This document shows, in pieces, positions 13,200-25,080 of a stretch of 64,000 nt of DNA. The stretch is from contig NC_134473.1 of the NCBI RefSeq assembly GCF_964194025.1, positions 61,690,001 through 61,754,000 of the forward strand. The letters are read 5' to 3'. How positions within the stretch are numbered: position 1 is the first letter of the stretch; each line of letters begins with the position of its first letter. Made by a program: the position numbers and the translations under genes. The notes beneath the pieces are model-generated. The model was not told the DNA's origin and did no database searches. It was given only the letters and a program-made list of their open reading frames with translations. The stretch comes from Convolutriloba macropyga. Its lineage: Eukaryota.

Positions 13200-13449
13200 C
13201 TAAACAACAACAGCAAAATCTGTAACATCAAACCGTTTTCCAATGGCTTCTTAATTTGCATTACTCTAAAACTTAGCTCCAAAATGTGATTTAACTAATC
13301 CCCCGAGAAAAGGCCACGGAAATTTGAACAATCTTTAAATACACTTTTGACCAAAAATGGGGTTATCTTTGATACGAAGAACTTCATATGCCAGCCTGGG
13401 CTTTCAAGCTCATCGATATTTTTCCGATTTCTTGAAAATAAGTTCTCTT

Positions 13450-14071
13450 CTTACCAATTGAACGCTCAAATTTGTTATCGTATGACGCTGTGTTAACAAG
13501 ATATTTAATTTTACTAGTAACTACTAGCAAGCCCCAAAACCATTGCAGAGATGATTTTGAAATGAGTATAAGGCAAAAAAAACTTTTTAGTGTGAAAAAA
13601 TTGAAAATCAAGATGAAAAAACAAAAAAAAATAGAGAACGAAAAACAGANNNNNNNNNNNNNNNNNNNNNNNNNNNNNNNNNNNNNNNNNNNNNNNNNNN
13701 NNNNNNNNNNNNNNNNNNNNNNNNNNNNNNNNNNNNNNNNNNNNNNNNNNNNNNNNNNNNNNNNNNNNNNNNNNNNNNNNNNNNNNNNNNNNNNNNNNNN
13801 NNNNGGTGAAGGAGGTAGCAGGAGGATGAGGAGGGAGGGAGGGAGGAGGAGGAAACAAGTTTTGTCAAGCCTTGCTTTGTAAAAATTGGAGAAAGAAAAA
13901 GTCAGACGACGAAACAAAAAACAAAATCACAGTACTATAGATACGCTCAGACCAAATCTTCTCATCTTTAAAAACGGAGGAAGATAAAACTAAAACAATG
14001 GGAAATGACGAGGACAGATTTTAGGATAGACTAAGTCGCACGCACGGACGCAAGCACACTTACATACACAA

Positions 14072-14102
<31 letters not shown>

Positions 14103-17100
14103 ACCTCAAAAAATTTTTTAATAAACCATTCATACTCGCAATGAAAAAAAAACAGAAAAGAGGAGTAAAAATAAGACGAAGAACCAAAAGAAANNNNNNN
14201 NNNNNNNNNNNNNNNNNNNNNNNNNNNNNNNNNNNNNNNNNNNNNNNNNNNNNNNNNNNNNNNNNNNNNNNNNNNNNNNNNNNNNNNNNNNNNNNNNNNN
14301 NNNNNNNNNNNNNNNNNNNNNNNNNNNNNNTAAGAAAGGAAGGGAGCTAAATGGACGAGAGCGGGGGCAGTGTGGGGATGGATGCCGACGGGGGGCACAG
14401 ATAACGACTGAAGAGGTCAAAATTATAGGAGTAACAGCCACCCTTAACACAAAGAAAATATCACCTCAAAAGTTTTGGTGAACTGCGTACTAAGACACGA
14501 GTAAGGCGTAAGGCTCTAAGACAGCTGCGCGGCAAATTGAAGCCCGGCGAGCGCTACCTGTTTATCCCGCTCTTGAGAACGAAAAGGCAAATTAAACGAG
14601 CCAGAAATAAAAAAAATGCTACAAACTTTAGTTGAGAGCAATTTATTCTCAATTTAATCTCAAATTTTACAGCTGTTAAAAAAATTGATCAAGCTAGCCT
14701 TTGAATTTAGTTTTCGTCACAAAATATTTCTGACTCCGACTTCTGTTTTGCCTGATACTCAAGATAGGCAAAAAAGATTGACTCTCGCGTCCATTCATTG
14801 CTCGTATAATCATTGTATTCAAGTTCATTCCTACAAATTCCACAATATGAACCACTAACCTTTTTGGTCATTCTTATTACCAACTGAACGCTCAAACTTG
14901 TTATCGTATGATGCTGTGTTAACAAGATATTCATTTCTGTTAGTACCTACTAGGAAGCCCAAAAACCATTGCAGAGATGATTATGAAATGAGTATAATGC
15001 AAAAAAAATTCAGTATGAATAAATCGAAAATCAAGATGAAAAACAAATAAAGAAGGAAAGACAGAAAAAGAGAAAGATACGGACAGACAGAGAGAGAGAG
15101 GGAGAGGGGAGAATGACGAGGATGACGTGGAGGAAGGAGGAGGAGGAGGAGGAAGAGGAGGAGGACTTCAAGCATTACTTTGTAAAAACAGCTTTTCTCA
15201 AGCATTGCTTTGTGAAAATAGAGGAAAAGTCAGACGATAAAACAAAAAAAACAAGATAACAAAAGTAGACATACGCTCAGACCAAATCTGCTCATCTTTT
15301 AAAACGGAGGGAGAAAAAAGAAAGAAAAAGAACACAAAACACATATACAAACACGCACGCACGCACGCACAAACACACGCACAAACAACCTCAAAAAACT
15401 AACATAAAAACAGTGACACACGTAGCGAAGAATTAAAACAGAGGAGTGCGAAAAAATCATCACAAGACGAAGAAACAAAAGAAAAGGAAAAAGAAAGAAA
15501 AAAACAATGAAAGAAAAAACAGAAAGAAACATAACCGACAAAACGTCGGAAGAATTGGTGTTACGCACTGATTTTAAATGTCTTTCTCGAGGTGTTATTG
15601 GTGTTGATATTTGAAGCGAAAAATGTGAAAAATTATCATTTTACAAGGACTTATTTTGATGTTTCACAGTGCGGTTTTTTTAGCGGATATATTTTGAATA
15701 AAACTAGCTAGTAATAGCCCTTTATTGAGCGGTTCAGATGCGTGATATATCCACTAATTTGCCTTGTATTTCAAAGCTTTATCCGGTCGCAATTTAGCTC
15801 TAGGGAAGCCTTAATTTAACTTAGCATGTCAAAGATTTTTCCAATTCAATCTTTAATTATTTCAGCAAGAATTAATCAACAATTATTAATAGGAGTTTTT
15901 CAAGCTATCTAGTTTTAAGAGATTTTGGTCAAATGGCTTTCAGGCTGGTTATCCGGTGTTCTGGAGATCATGGGTTCCGCAGGGCTGTACCTTGAGTTTT
16001 ATTGGTCCTTCGTAAATATTTACTCATCTACAAGTAGGGCAATTTCCGGCTTTTGTACGTCTGTTGATGTTTGTTAAGCACATATACAATTTCCGTATTA
16101 GCACCAACTTTATCAGAAAAATTACTTCACCAAGTACATAATTTCTCATGAAGTTATTCACCAAATAAACGAGTTCATCGTCAGGGAACTCAAAAAGTTA
16201 AATATTGAGGCTTTTAGGCACTTAATATGTTTATCAGTAAACTGTTAATCTGCGGTTGTTTTTAATAAACATAAACAAATTAGGGGCTACAGGCCTAGAT
16301 GGAAAATACTGGCTATATGTGGCCTTGAGAACTATATGAATATGAACTAAATTATAGCACCTATTAAGGATATTTATAGGAAAAACATCACGTAACTATG
16401 AGGCACGAAATAGGGGCGTGATAATTGCTCTCGAACGACTAGTGGATTTCTAATCAATTGCAGCCTGCTTCCGTCGCGGGAGGAGCCTAAATGGGACTAA
16501 AAAGTTCAATAGTGGGCTTCAAATAACCACGTTAGCGGTAAACATATACAACTATTAAGATTTAAAGTGAAAAATGGCACAAGTTTCGGCCCACTTTTAA
16601 TTTGACTTTTAGTATTAAATTGCCGCCAATTGAGTTCAACTGCTTGAAATTGTGATTGAGAGAGAATTTTAGATCACGCAAAACGTCAAGGGCGTAAAAT
16701 TCAATCGAAAAGACAAAACTGTCAAGCATAAAATTTTGCATAAAAAACGACACACACATTTACAATAACTGCTATGAACTTCGTTCAAGAGCAGTTAAAA
16801 AGAAAGATAGAAAAAAGAGAAAGAAATAAAAAGAAAGAAAGGGAGCTAACGGGACGAGAGCGGAGGCAATTCAAATCGCCATAAGGAGGAACGTGGAAGT
16901 GGGAGCGTTGGGGGGATGGATGACAGAGGGGGTCAGACTTTTAGGATTAATAGCCGCCCTTCACACCATGAAAGTTTCTCCTCAAAACAGTTTTGGTGAA
17001 GCGCGTACTAAAAGACTAGTAAGAAGTAAGCCTCTAAGAAGTGCTCAGCCACTTAAAGCCCTCCGAACACTACCTGTTTATCCCGTTTTTGAGGACGACA

Positions 17101-17416
17101 AGTCATATTGAACAAATTAAACATCAGTCGAGCGAAAAATTGCATTAAAAAAACCACAGGACTAATATAATCGCTAAAAACTTTAGTTGAAAGCAATTTA
17201 ATCTTTATTTAATCTCAACTTTTACAGTTGTTAGTGCAAATTCGTCTATCAATCCTTTGAACCTAGTTCTTCTGTCGCCAAAACATTTCTGACGGCAACT
17301 TCTGTTCTTCCTGACGCTGAAGATAAGCAAAAAATGACTCTCGCGTCCATTCAATGCTGCAAAAATCAACGTATTTATGTATTATAACATTCAAATTCCA
17401 CAACATGAATACTAAC
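13450..17416. repeat. Intronic tandem duplication (~1.4-kb unit: 13450-14860 and 14878-17416; second copy has later insertions)
   Basis: 13450-14190 matches 14878-15525 and 14330-14860 matches 16800-17416; two N gaps fall in GA-rich tracts. Confidence 0.75.
16421..16798 (-). mobile_element. HINE-B copy
   Basis: Homologous to 10163-10571. Confidence 0.75.
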
Positions 17417-17482
17417 CTCTGCGTCCACTTTTTCAATGGCCATTAGGAAGCTGTAATCCATGATCTGGAAACTCTCCAACAT
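17417..17482 (-). CDS. PIP5K1: PIP5K1 exon: MLESFQIMDYSFLMAIEKVDAE
   Basis: Catalytic MDYS motif; tag/gttagt; 66 nt. Confidence 0.95.
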
Positions 17483-18210
17483 CTAAACAGCCAGCCCCAA
17501 ATAAACAAACCAACACAAACTGATGAAATTCATATTGATACAACTTTCTAAGAATTATTTAGAATGAACGAAAAGATCCGAAGATTATTGCAGTGTCACG
17601 TACACTAAAAGCATGAGCACTGATTGCCTATCCGATATCTCAATAACCGATATCTCTAGACATCCGTTCATCAGTAACATTAAACATTTGAATTTTTGTT
17701 GAGTCAAGATTCTGATTATAAGCTCAGAACTTTTTTCGAATCAGATAAATCAGATTAAGATAGCCGGCGGATAGCCAGAAAAAAACCACCACTGACATTA
17801 CAGACCGACGTTGGCATTGGAACAGTGAGAGATGAAAGAGGAAATTGACAGCTTAATTTTCTTCAAAGGTTGAAAAAGTGTTTCACTTTGATCTGCAGTT
17901 TCATTAGATTCAATAAATATTATCTGATTACATTTCTTTTTTTACAAAATTGTCTACAGTCATATATCAACAGCGAAAAATGTGACACACCTAAACGTTC
18001 TCAATCAATTTCTGATGTGATGTGGCCTCAATTAATGACTACCAAGCGGTTCAAAACAAACTAACAAGCAGAAAGTGGAAGATCACAAAAATAGGGTTAA
18101 AAACACAAAAGTTTATTTATTTCTGTTAATACTGGGCAATCAAACATTCAACTTTCCCTCTGATTACATGTCCAACGAAAACAGGTCTAAACAAGCATTT
18201 GTATAGGAAA

Positions 18211-18608
18211 AAAATAAGTGAAAATGCTTTAAAATATCAATATTGAACGAAAACATCATTAATGGACAAAAATAGTCAACAATCACAATTAAAATAATCA
18301 GTTTTCTTAAACAAAAAAGAAATTAAAACTGATTCCCATGAAAAGAAAAGATAAATTCTCCTGACAGAAAGACCAACTGCAACCAAAAAATCTCTCAAAA
18401 TTTTTTAAAAGTTTTTTGTGTCTAGAGATTTTTTGGTTGCAGTTGGTCTTTCTGTCAGGAGAATTTATCTTTTCTTTTCATGGGAATCAGTTTTAATTTC
18501 TTTTTTGTTTAAGAAAACTGATTATTTTAATTGTGATTGTTGACTATTTTTGTCCATTAATGATGTTTTCGTTCAATATTGATATTTTAAAGCATTTTCA
18601 CTTATTTT
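18211..18608. repeat. Perfect inverted repeat, 185-bp arms with 28-bp spacer
   Basis: 18211-18395 is the reverse complement of 18424-18608. Confidence 0.93.
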
Positions 18609-18957
18609 CACTTAGCATTTTCACTTAAAGCATTTCACACAAAAAACTTTTTAAAAATTTTGAAAAAAAACTGCCAAAAGCGTCGCAAAAGGCAAGTTGA
18701 CAATAAACAGCTCAAAAATCATCTTAAAATTAATTAAATAACTACTTAAAATATTAGGAAATGATCCAAAAGATACAATTACTTGATAGCATTTGTGATC
18801 AAAACTATTTAAGAGGGAAAAGTTAGAGTTAGAACTTAAAAAACTGGTTCGAAAATGATAAATCCAATTACCAAAAATAAAACTTTTGTTCAGCGGACTG
18901 ACCAAAACAATTGTTTTGACGTGTGGCATTTGGCTTCGCATTCTGTGAACAAAGAGA

Positions 18958-19978
18958 GAGGTTGCCGGAAAACAGCCGCCGTTGATTTCCATGAAAAATA
19001 ATGGGATTGAAAGAAGAGAAAAAACAAAAATTATTATTGTTAACAAACAATTTTAAAGTGCGAACTATTTTGATGTCATTTTAGAGCTGGATTCGTAGCG
19101 AGACGACACAAGCGCTAGTATCAATACCAATAAGCATTAGAGATGGTAACTAAGAACAAAGTTCGAGTAACGGACATCTAAAATTGGGCTTTGTGGGTTT
19201 ATCCCGTTTCTGTTTCTGATTTCGTTTTTTGATACTGACTCTGTGCATCTTGAATTGCTGAGCAACTGCTGTCTAAAAACCCTTTTAGCAGAATGAGAGA
19301 ACAGTTAATCTAGCCTAGAAAAGTCAAAAAGATTTCACGCAACATTTTGAACTGTGAACTAAGGTAAACCGAAAAAGATTTTATTCGACGAAGTAAAAAA
19401 ACATAGCAGGACAAGTACTGAAGTACAATTCAAAAAAATTTCATTGGCTAAAAAATCTAGACCTAGCAAGGACTATGAGTGAATTGGTCAAACCATTTTA
19501 AAAAAAATCAGATCAAAAAAATTAAAAAAAAAAACAGAAAATCAGTGTCAAAATGCCGCATGTGAACACAAAACCTCTAGCGAGAAATGGAAATTTCCAA
19601 AAAAACTAGGCCGAGAAGGAAACATGAATGAATTGGGAAAACATTTAGAAAAAAACCGATCCAAAAATTGAGAAAAAAATGTAAAACTCGAAGTGAAATT
19701 ACTGCATGTGAAAAAACCACTAGCGAGAAAGCAAATTTTTATTTATGCACCGTTATCTCACTCAACTTCAAAATTTGATTGAGAAAATTTCTACTCGCAT
19801 TTTTGCTCCACTTCCACTTCCTGTTTCTGCGTGACCAAAATACCTACTCCAATTTGACTTCAAAAATCATAAAGATGTGTGCACAGATCTTAAAAAAAAA
19901 TCAGCGCCCCAATACAATTCAAATTCTTTGAAATAGGTGCACTATAATAGCCCGCTGAGAAGCTAAGGCGGCTATTAA
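18958..19978 (-). mobile_element. HINE-A3 with nested HINE-E (~19399-19933)
   Basis: A3 body, then AACATAGCAGGACAAGT... E end, then the A 5' stem. Confidence 0.72.
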
Positions 19979-20080
19979 AAACCGTCAAAATTAATCCTGA
20001 TCCAGTCGGAAAAATAGCGCACCAATACGATTCAAATATATCCACAAATAATCCACAATTAAGATTACTTTAAATATGAA

Positions 20081-21261
20081 AACATAGCCGGCAGATTGCC
20101 GGAACATAGCCGCCGTTGACGCGCTTGAATCACATCGGGATTGAAACAGAAAAAGAAAAAAGAAGGAGAGACAAATTGACTAAATTTTTTTCTGTTTTTT
20201 TTTCCAGTGTCACAAAGTGTTCTAATTTGGCTTGCAGTTTCAGTTAAATTGTAAAACTATATTTAATTCAGTTTCTAAACTTAAAGCTAATAACCTTAAT
20301 ACTAATGTCAACTAACAAACACTAATGAACTTTGATAACCTAATTCTAAATGACAGGGCTTTAATTATTCATTAAATTGAGTAATTCAATGCTTGAAAGA
20401 ATTTAAAATCCATTCAGTTGAAAAAGTGAGTGAAGTAAGGCAAAACGTGAAAATCGTATGTAAAACGAAAAACATGATCAAAAGGTAGAGCGATTTAAAA
20501 AACATAGCAGGACAAGTCTTGACGTACAATTCAAAAATCTTTCATTGACAAAACAAAAACTAGACCTAGAACGGACTATGGGTTAATTGTGAAAACCGTT
20601 TCGAAAGAAATCAGATAAAAATTTTTAAAAAAAAAAAAACAGAAAATCAATGCCAAAATTCAGCATGTGAACAAAAAAAACCACTCACGAGAAATGAAAA
20701 TTTGTTTCAAAAAATTAGGCCTAAAATGAACTATGAATGGATTGGGAAAATCCTTTAGAACAAAATCCGATTCAAAAAATCGAAAAAAACAGAAAAAATC
20801 CAAGTGAAATTGCCGCATGTGAACAAAAAACCACTAGCGAGAAAGCGAATTTTTGTTCAGCCACCTTTTTCTCACTCTACTTTAAAATTAGAGCGAGCAA
20901 ATTTAACGCCGCAAAACCACTCGTTTTATCGCTCCAATTTCTGTTTCGGCGTGACCAAAATCACGGCTCCAATTTGACTTCAAAAATCATGAAAATCTGT
21001 GAAATGATCTTGAAAAAAAGACAAGGCCCCAATACAATTCAAATTCTTTGAATTGTAAAAAACATAGCAGGACAAGTCCTGACGTACAATTCAAGGAATT
21101 TTCATTGACTAAACAAAAAACTATACCTAGAACAGCATTGAACTGGGAATACCATTTTTAGAAAACAGATCAAAAAAATAAATCAATGTCAAAATTCTTT
21201 GAATTGTAAAAATCAGAGCGCTTAAATAATAGCCGTTTGAGAGGCTGACGGCGGCTATTAA
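20081..21261 (-). mobile_element. HINE-A1 with two tandem nested HINE-E copies (~20500-21058, ~21061-21208)
   Basis: E ends: CAGGACTTGTCCTG hairpin + CTATGTT and TTACAATTCAAAGAATTTGAATTGTA stem. Confidence 0.78.
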
Positions 21262-21311
21262 TTATTTATGCAATTAAATCAATAAATTTGTTGTTTTTGT
21301 ACTAATAAATA

Positions 21312-21654
21312 AAATAAGCCGACTAACGTCGGATGAATTCCTCTCGAACGACAAGCGGGGTGATTTAATTTAGAGGGGTGTTTTATCGGTGCAAAAAAGG
21401 ATCCCAAAGGGGTTTCGAACACCTCATCTCAAGGTTTGCAGTCTAAGATCTTGACCACCCAGCTACAATGGCTTTGATTTCCTTTCGCTAACAGTCGCTT
21501 TTACGAATAACTTGATTTTAGAACGGGAGCAACTTAGATCACTCAAAAATGAAAACTAAAGTATGTTACAAAGAATGTTACGGTCAAGCCAAAACTGTAT
21601 AAAAGACTAACACGTTTACAATAATAGCCTCCAACTTCCTTGAAGAGCAATTAA
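21312..21654 (-). mobile_element. HINE-B copy carrying a tRNA-like Pol III cassette
   Basis: B termini; internal A box, B box and T6 on the minus strand at 21393-21472. Confidence 0.72.
21393..21472 (-). ncRNA. tRNA-derived pseudogene / Pol III cassette within HINE-B (not a functional tRNA)
   Basis: GCCATTG-TAGCTGGGTGG (A box)...CTGCAAA...GTTCGAAAC (B box)...TTTTTT; acceptor stem does not pair. Confidence 0.55.
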
Positions 21655-22444
21655 TAGTTCTGAAGCCCCTGGGTTGTTATTTGAATTGTTAAGAACGATT
21701 AGTAGAATTGAGGAATGTTTTGTATACACAAAATCTTTAAAAACTGAAGAACATCGATGTTTCAATTAGGACAAAGCTGACTATTTATGAGCTCTTATCA
21801 CGTAAAACATCAGCTTGAGCACATGACATGAAAACTGTAATCACTCATCGCTCCATCACAATTGATTGAGATAAATAGGGTCTAATATTACGATTTAAAT
21901 TGAAGCTTTGCATGAACCCCTGAAAATGAGCTTGATTAAAAGATTTAAATAGAGAGCTCATTTGCAAGCTTGCTAAAAACCAAAAAATTGCTCGAGATAA
22001 TTAGCAACATTCTGACGCGTACATTTCAATAGGATAAACACGAGTTTTATTGAATTTTTGAAAATTGCGATGAAAAAAAATCTTTTTTGATGAGGTTTTC
22101 CTATTTGTTGAGGCTGCAAAACCAAAGCCAAAGATAGGGCGAAGAGGAAGGTGATTGTCACTTATAAATGTATCTGAGCTAACAGCATTATTTTCAACTG
22201 TTAAATACCAAAATGTCCAATATATTGCTAGTTACATTTTGTCGACAATAGCAGAAAACTTAACACTGTGCGTTTTTCATCAGTAGAGCAGTTTGTGTTC
22301 TTCTTTTTGTGGTCACTAAAAATTAAGAGAAACCAAGTGTTAAATATTAAACAGCAATAAACTTTCAATGATCTACTTGAAATTCAACATTTTTTACATT
22401 AAATAATCTCAGTTATCAATGCTAAGAAATCACAGCAAACTACG

Positions 22445-24790
22445 AACATACCCGGCAGATTGCCGGAAAATAGCCGCCGTTGATTCCAATAAGCATGATT
22501 GGGATTGAAATAACAGAAGATATTGAAAAAAAAAGATTTTTGTACAAAAACATTTTTTAAGTCCGATTTATTTTGATGGCATTTCGTAGTTAAACATACT
22601 TCTGTTTCTTAGAGAGAGGCTACAGGGGCTCCTATCAATAACAATAAGCATTAGAGAGAGGTAACTAATACTTATAGGACCGACGTTCAAATAGCGGGCA
22701 TCTAAAATTGGGCTTTATGGGTTTATCCCGTTTCTATTTCTGACTTTGATTTTTTTATACTGACTCTCTTCATTTTGAATTGCTTTGCTGAGCAACTGAT
22801 GTTCAAATTCAACTTTTAGCAGAATGAGAGAAGAGAGAAACTAGCCTAGAGAAGTCAAAAAGATTTCACGCAAAATGTTGAAAAGGCGGCAAAATGAGGT
22901 AAAGCGAAACATTTTTTTATTCGACGAAGTAAAAACATAGCCGGAAGAATTCCGGAAGCGACTCGAATCACCAAAACTTCGCAAAAAGCTGAAGCCATTA
23001 CCTTTTGTATTAAACCATTAACTCATTACCTGCCCGGGTCTGATCTAAAAATCGGTGAAATTTAAACCACTGTCACCAAGAGAAAGAAAATGCAGCAAAA
23101 CTTTATTATTGAAAACGTTTGATAACGTTAAAAAAGTCTGAAATTTTTAGGATGGTCGAAAAGCTGATAGCCTGACAAAGCTGACAGGGCCATCAATTGC
23201 CCTCAGATAATTATTGATACTAATCTCAAAAAGATCGCGAAAGCAAACGGCAGATAAATACTTTTCAAAAAAGATAGGAAAGTCAAAATTATTCAAAAAA
23301 GAGTGCTCAAACTTAAGAATCAGAGAACCACTACAATTAGATTTCTAATCACGGCAATTTAGACAAAAATAATACATGATTCTTCCTTGTTGTATATATG
23401 CTAGACAACATGATTTCATACTAATTCAAAAATTAAATTAATCATAGAAAAACAAAAGCAACAGAATAATATTCAAAGGCAAAAAATTGTCTCAAAACAA
23501 TACCGAAACCGGAAGAAAATTGCAATGAATAGGAATAAGTAGAAATGTTGGAAAAGACCTTCTAGCAAACTCCCAGTACTGCTTTATTTTGAATTAAATC
23601 AATTGCAAACCGAAGAAACCAAGATCTAAGAAAAAGCTGAATTCATTCAATTTTTTAACAACTGAAAATCAATATAACGAAAATAAAAGTAGGTGCCAGG
23701 ACAAAACTAGAATGATACAAACGAGAATGTGAAGAATATGGACACAATGTTAGGAACACCGTAACAAAAAGACCAATTCTTGATTTTTGAAAGTTAAAAA
23801 TCAAATTTAAAAAAATCAAGAAAAACGAGTACATTTCATTGATCAGCATTCGAGACATAGAAAAGACAACGAGTCATTCGAGACAAAAATCCAACTTGCT
23901 CAAGAGAAAAAAAACAAGAAAAAGCAGAATTCAGACATGCGAAACATTGAAACATTTTGCAAAAAAGTGGTCAAAAAATATTTAAGACTGTATTTATGAA
24001 AAAAATTTATCTGTTTTTTCAAAAACTTCACACCAAAAAATGATTGCATTTTTATTGAAACGAAATTAAAGTCCCTCATGTTCCCCAAAATACTATTTCT
24101 AGTAATTAAAAGCAAAATACAAACAAAAAACTGAAAAAAATTGGCAAAAAACTACGAAAATCGGATTAGCAAATGTACAATTTTATGAAACAAATTACAT
24201 CGAGGTAGAAAGAGGCATTGAGTATATGAATTATCAAAGGGAAGTTGCCATATTAACTGATTTTTGACAAAAAACAGCGAAAAGATCCAAAAATGAAGAA
24301 ATTAATAGAAAAAAAAGCCAAAAATTAACTAAAAAATCAAGAAATATGTGCCAATTTCGCATTTGAAACGCAATTTCAGGCTATGCAAAATACTGTGCTA
24401 TCAATTTCCGGGGTTTACATTTCAACATAGCACCGATTAAAAAATATTTATACAAAAAACCAAATTACAAGCAAAAAAACTAGGCCACTTAGACGAAAAA
24501 ACGGCTAAAAATGGTTATCTATATGTGCCATTCAGTCAAAAACTACTTTTCAATGTCAAAAAGTCATTCACTAAACTCAGCGTATGATCAAAAAACTTCT
24601 CTCACTCAGAAAAAATTAGTTCACACTGCAATTTTACTCGCTTTCGCTTTTAGGTCAAAACATCGTCTGAACGAATAGTACTTCCGGTAAAAAAAAAAAA
24701 AACCTCAAGAAAACCAATACTCCTCTTCGAGTCGTAAAAAAAAATAGGAGCGCTATAATAGCCGGCTGAGAAGATGAGGGCGGCTATTAA
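22445..24790 (-). mobile_element. HINE-A3 split by a 1.8-kb HINE-D
   Basis: Removing 22934-24737 restores a sequence closely matching 30146-30672. Confidence 0.82.
22934..24737 (-). mobile_element. HINE family D (CGACTCGAA subTIR), ~1.8 kb
   Basis: 5' TTACGACTCGAA; 3' TTCGAGTCG + CCGGAATTCTTCCGG hairpin + CTATGTT; inserted in a T-run with no TSD. Confidence 0.78.
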
Positions 24791-24919
24791 TAATAAAAAC
24801 ACGGAGACCAAAACCCAAAATTAGCTCAAGTCTTGCGGACAAACTAAGAGGGTTTGTCATAGTTACCTTTTTAAAGCGAACCCGAAAAATGCAGACAGAG
24901 GAAATATAGCAACACTCAC

Positions 24920-25080
24920 AAGTGTATCGTTTTCCAGTCTGTTGATGAGAGCCTTGTAGACGTCTGGTTCAAGGACAATTCGCCCGAGGTTTTTGAAGTC
25001 GTTGATGAAGTTGAGGTCTTTCAGGGTCGGCACTTTACTCGAAGACTTGGACTCATCTGTTACCCTTTTATACGTAGACC
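24920..25080 (-). CDS. PIP5K1: PIP5K1 exon: GSTYKRVTDE...PTLKDLNF...LENDTL
   Basis: GSTYKR and KDLxF motifs; cag/gtgagt. Confidence 0.95.

Noticed and set aside
13384-14450. ORFs of 69-177 aa in the ORF track
   Set aside because: They run through N gaps and low-complexity repeats.
21393-21472. Functional tRNA-Cys(GCA) gene
   Set aside because: Acceptor and anticodon stems do not pair and the copies are divergent; treated as a tRNA-derived cassette.
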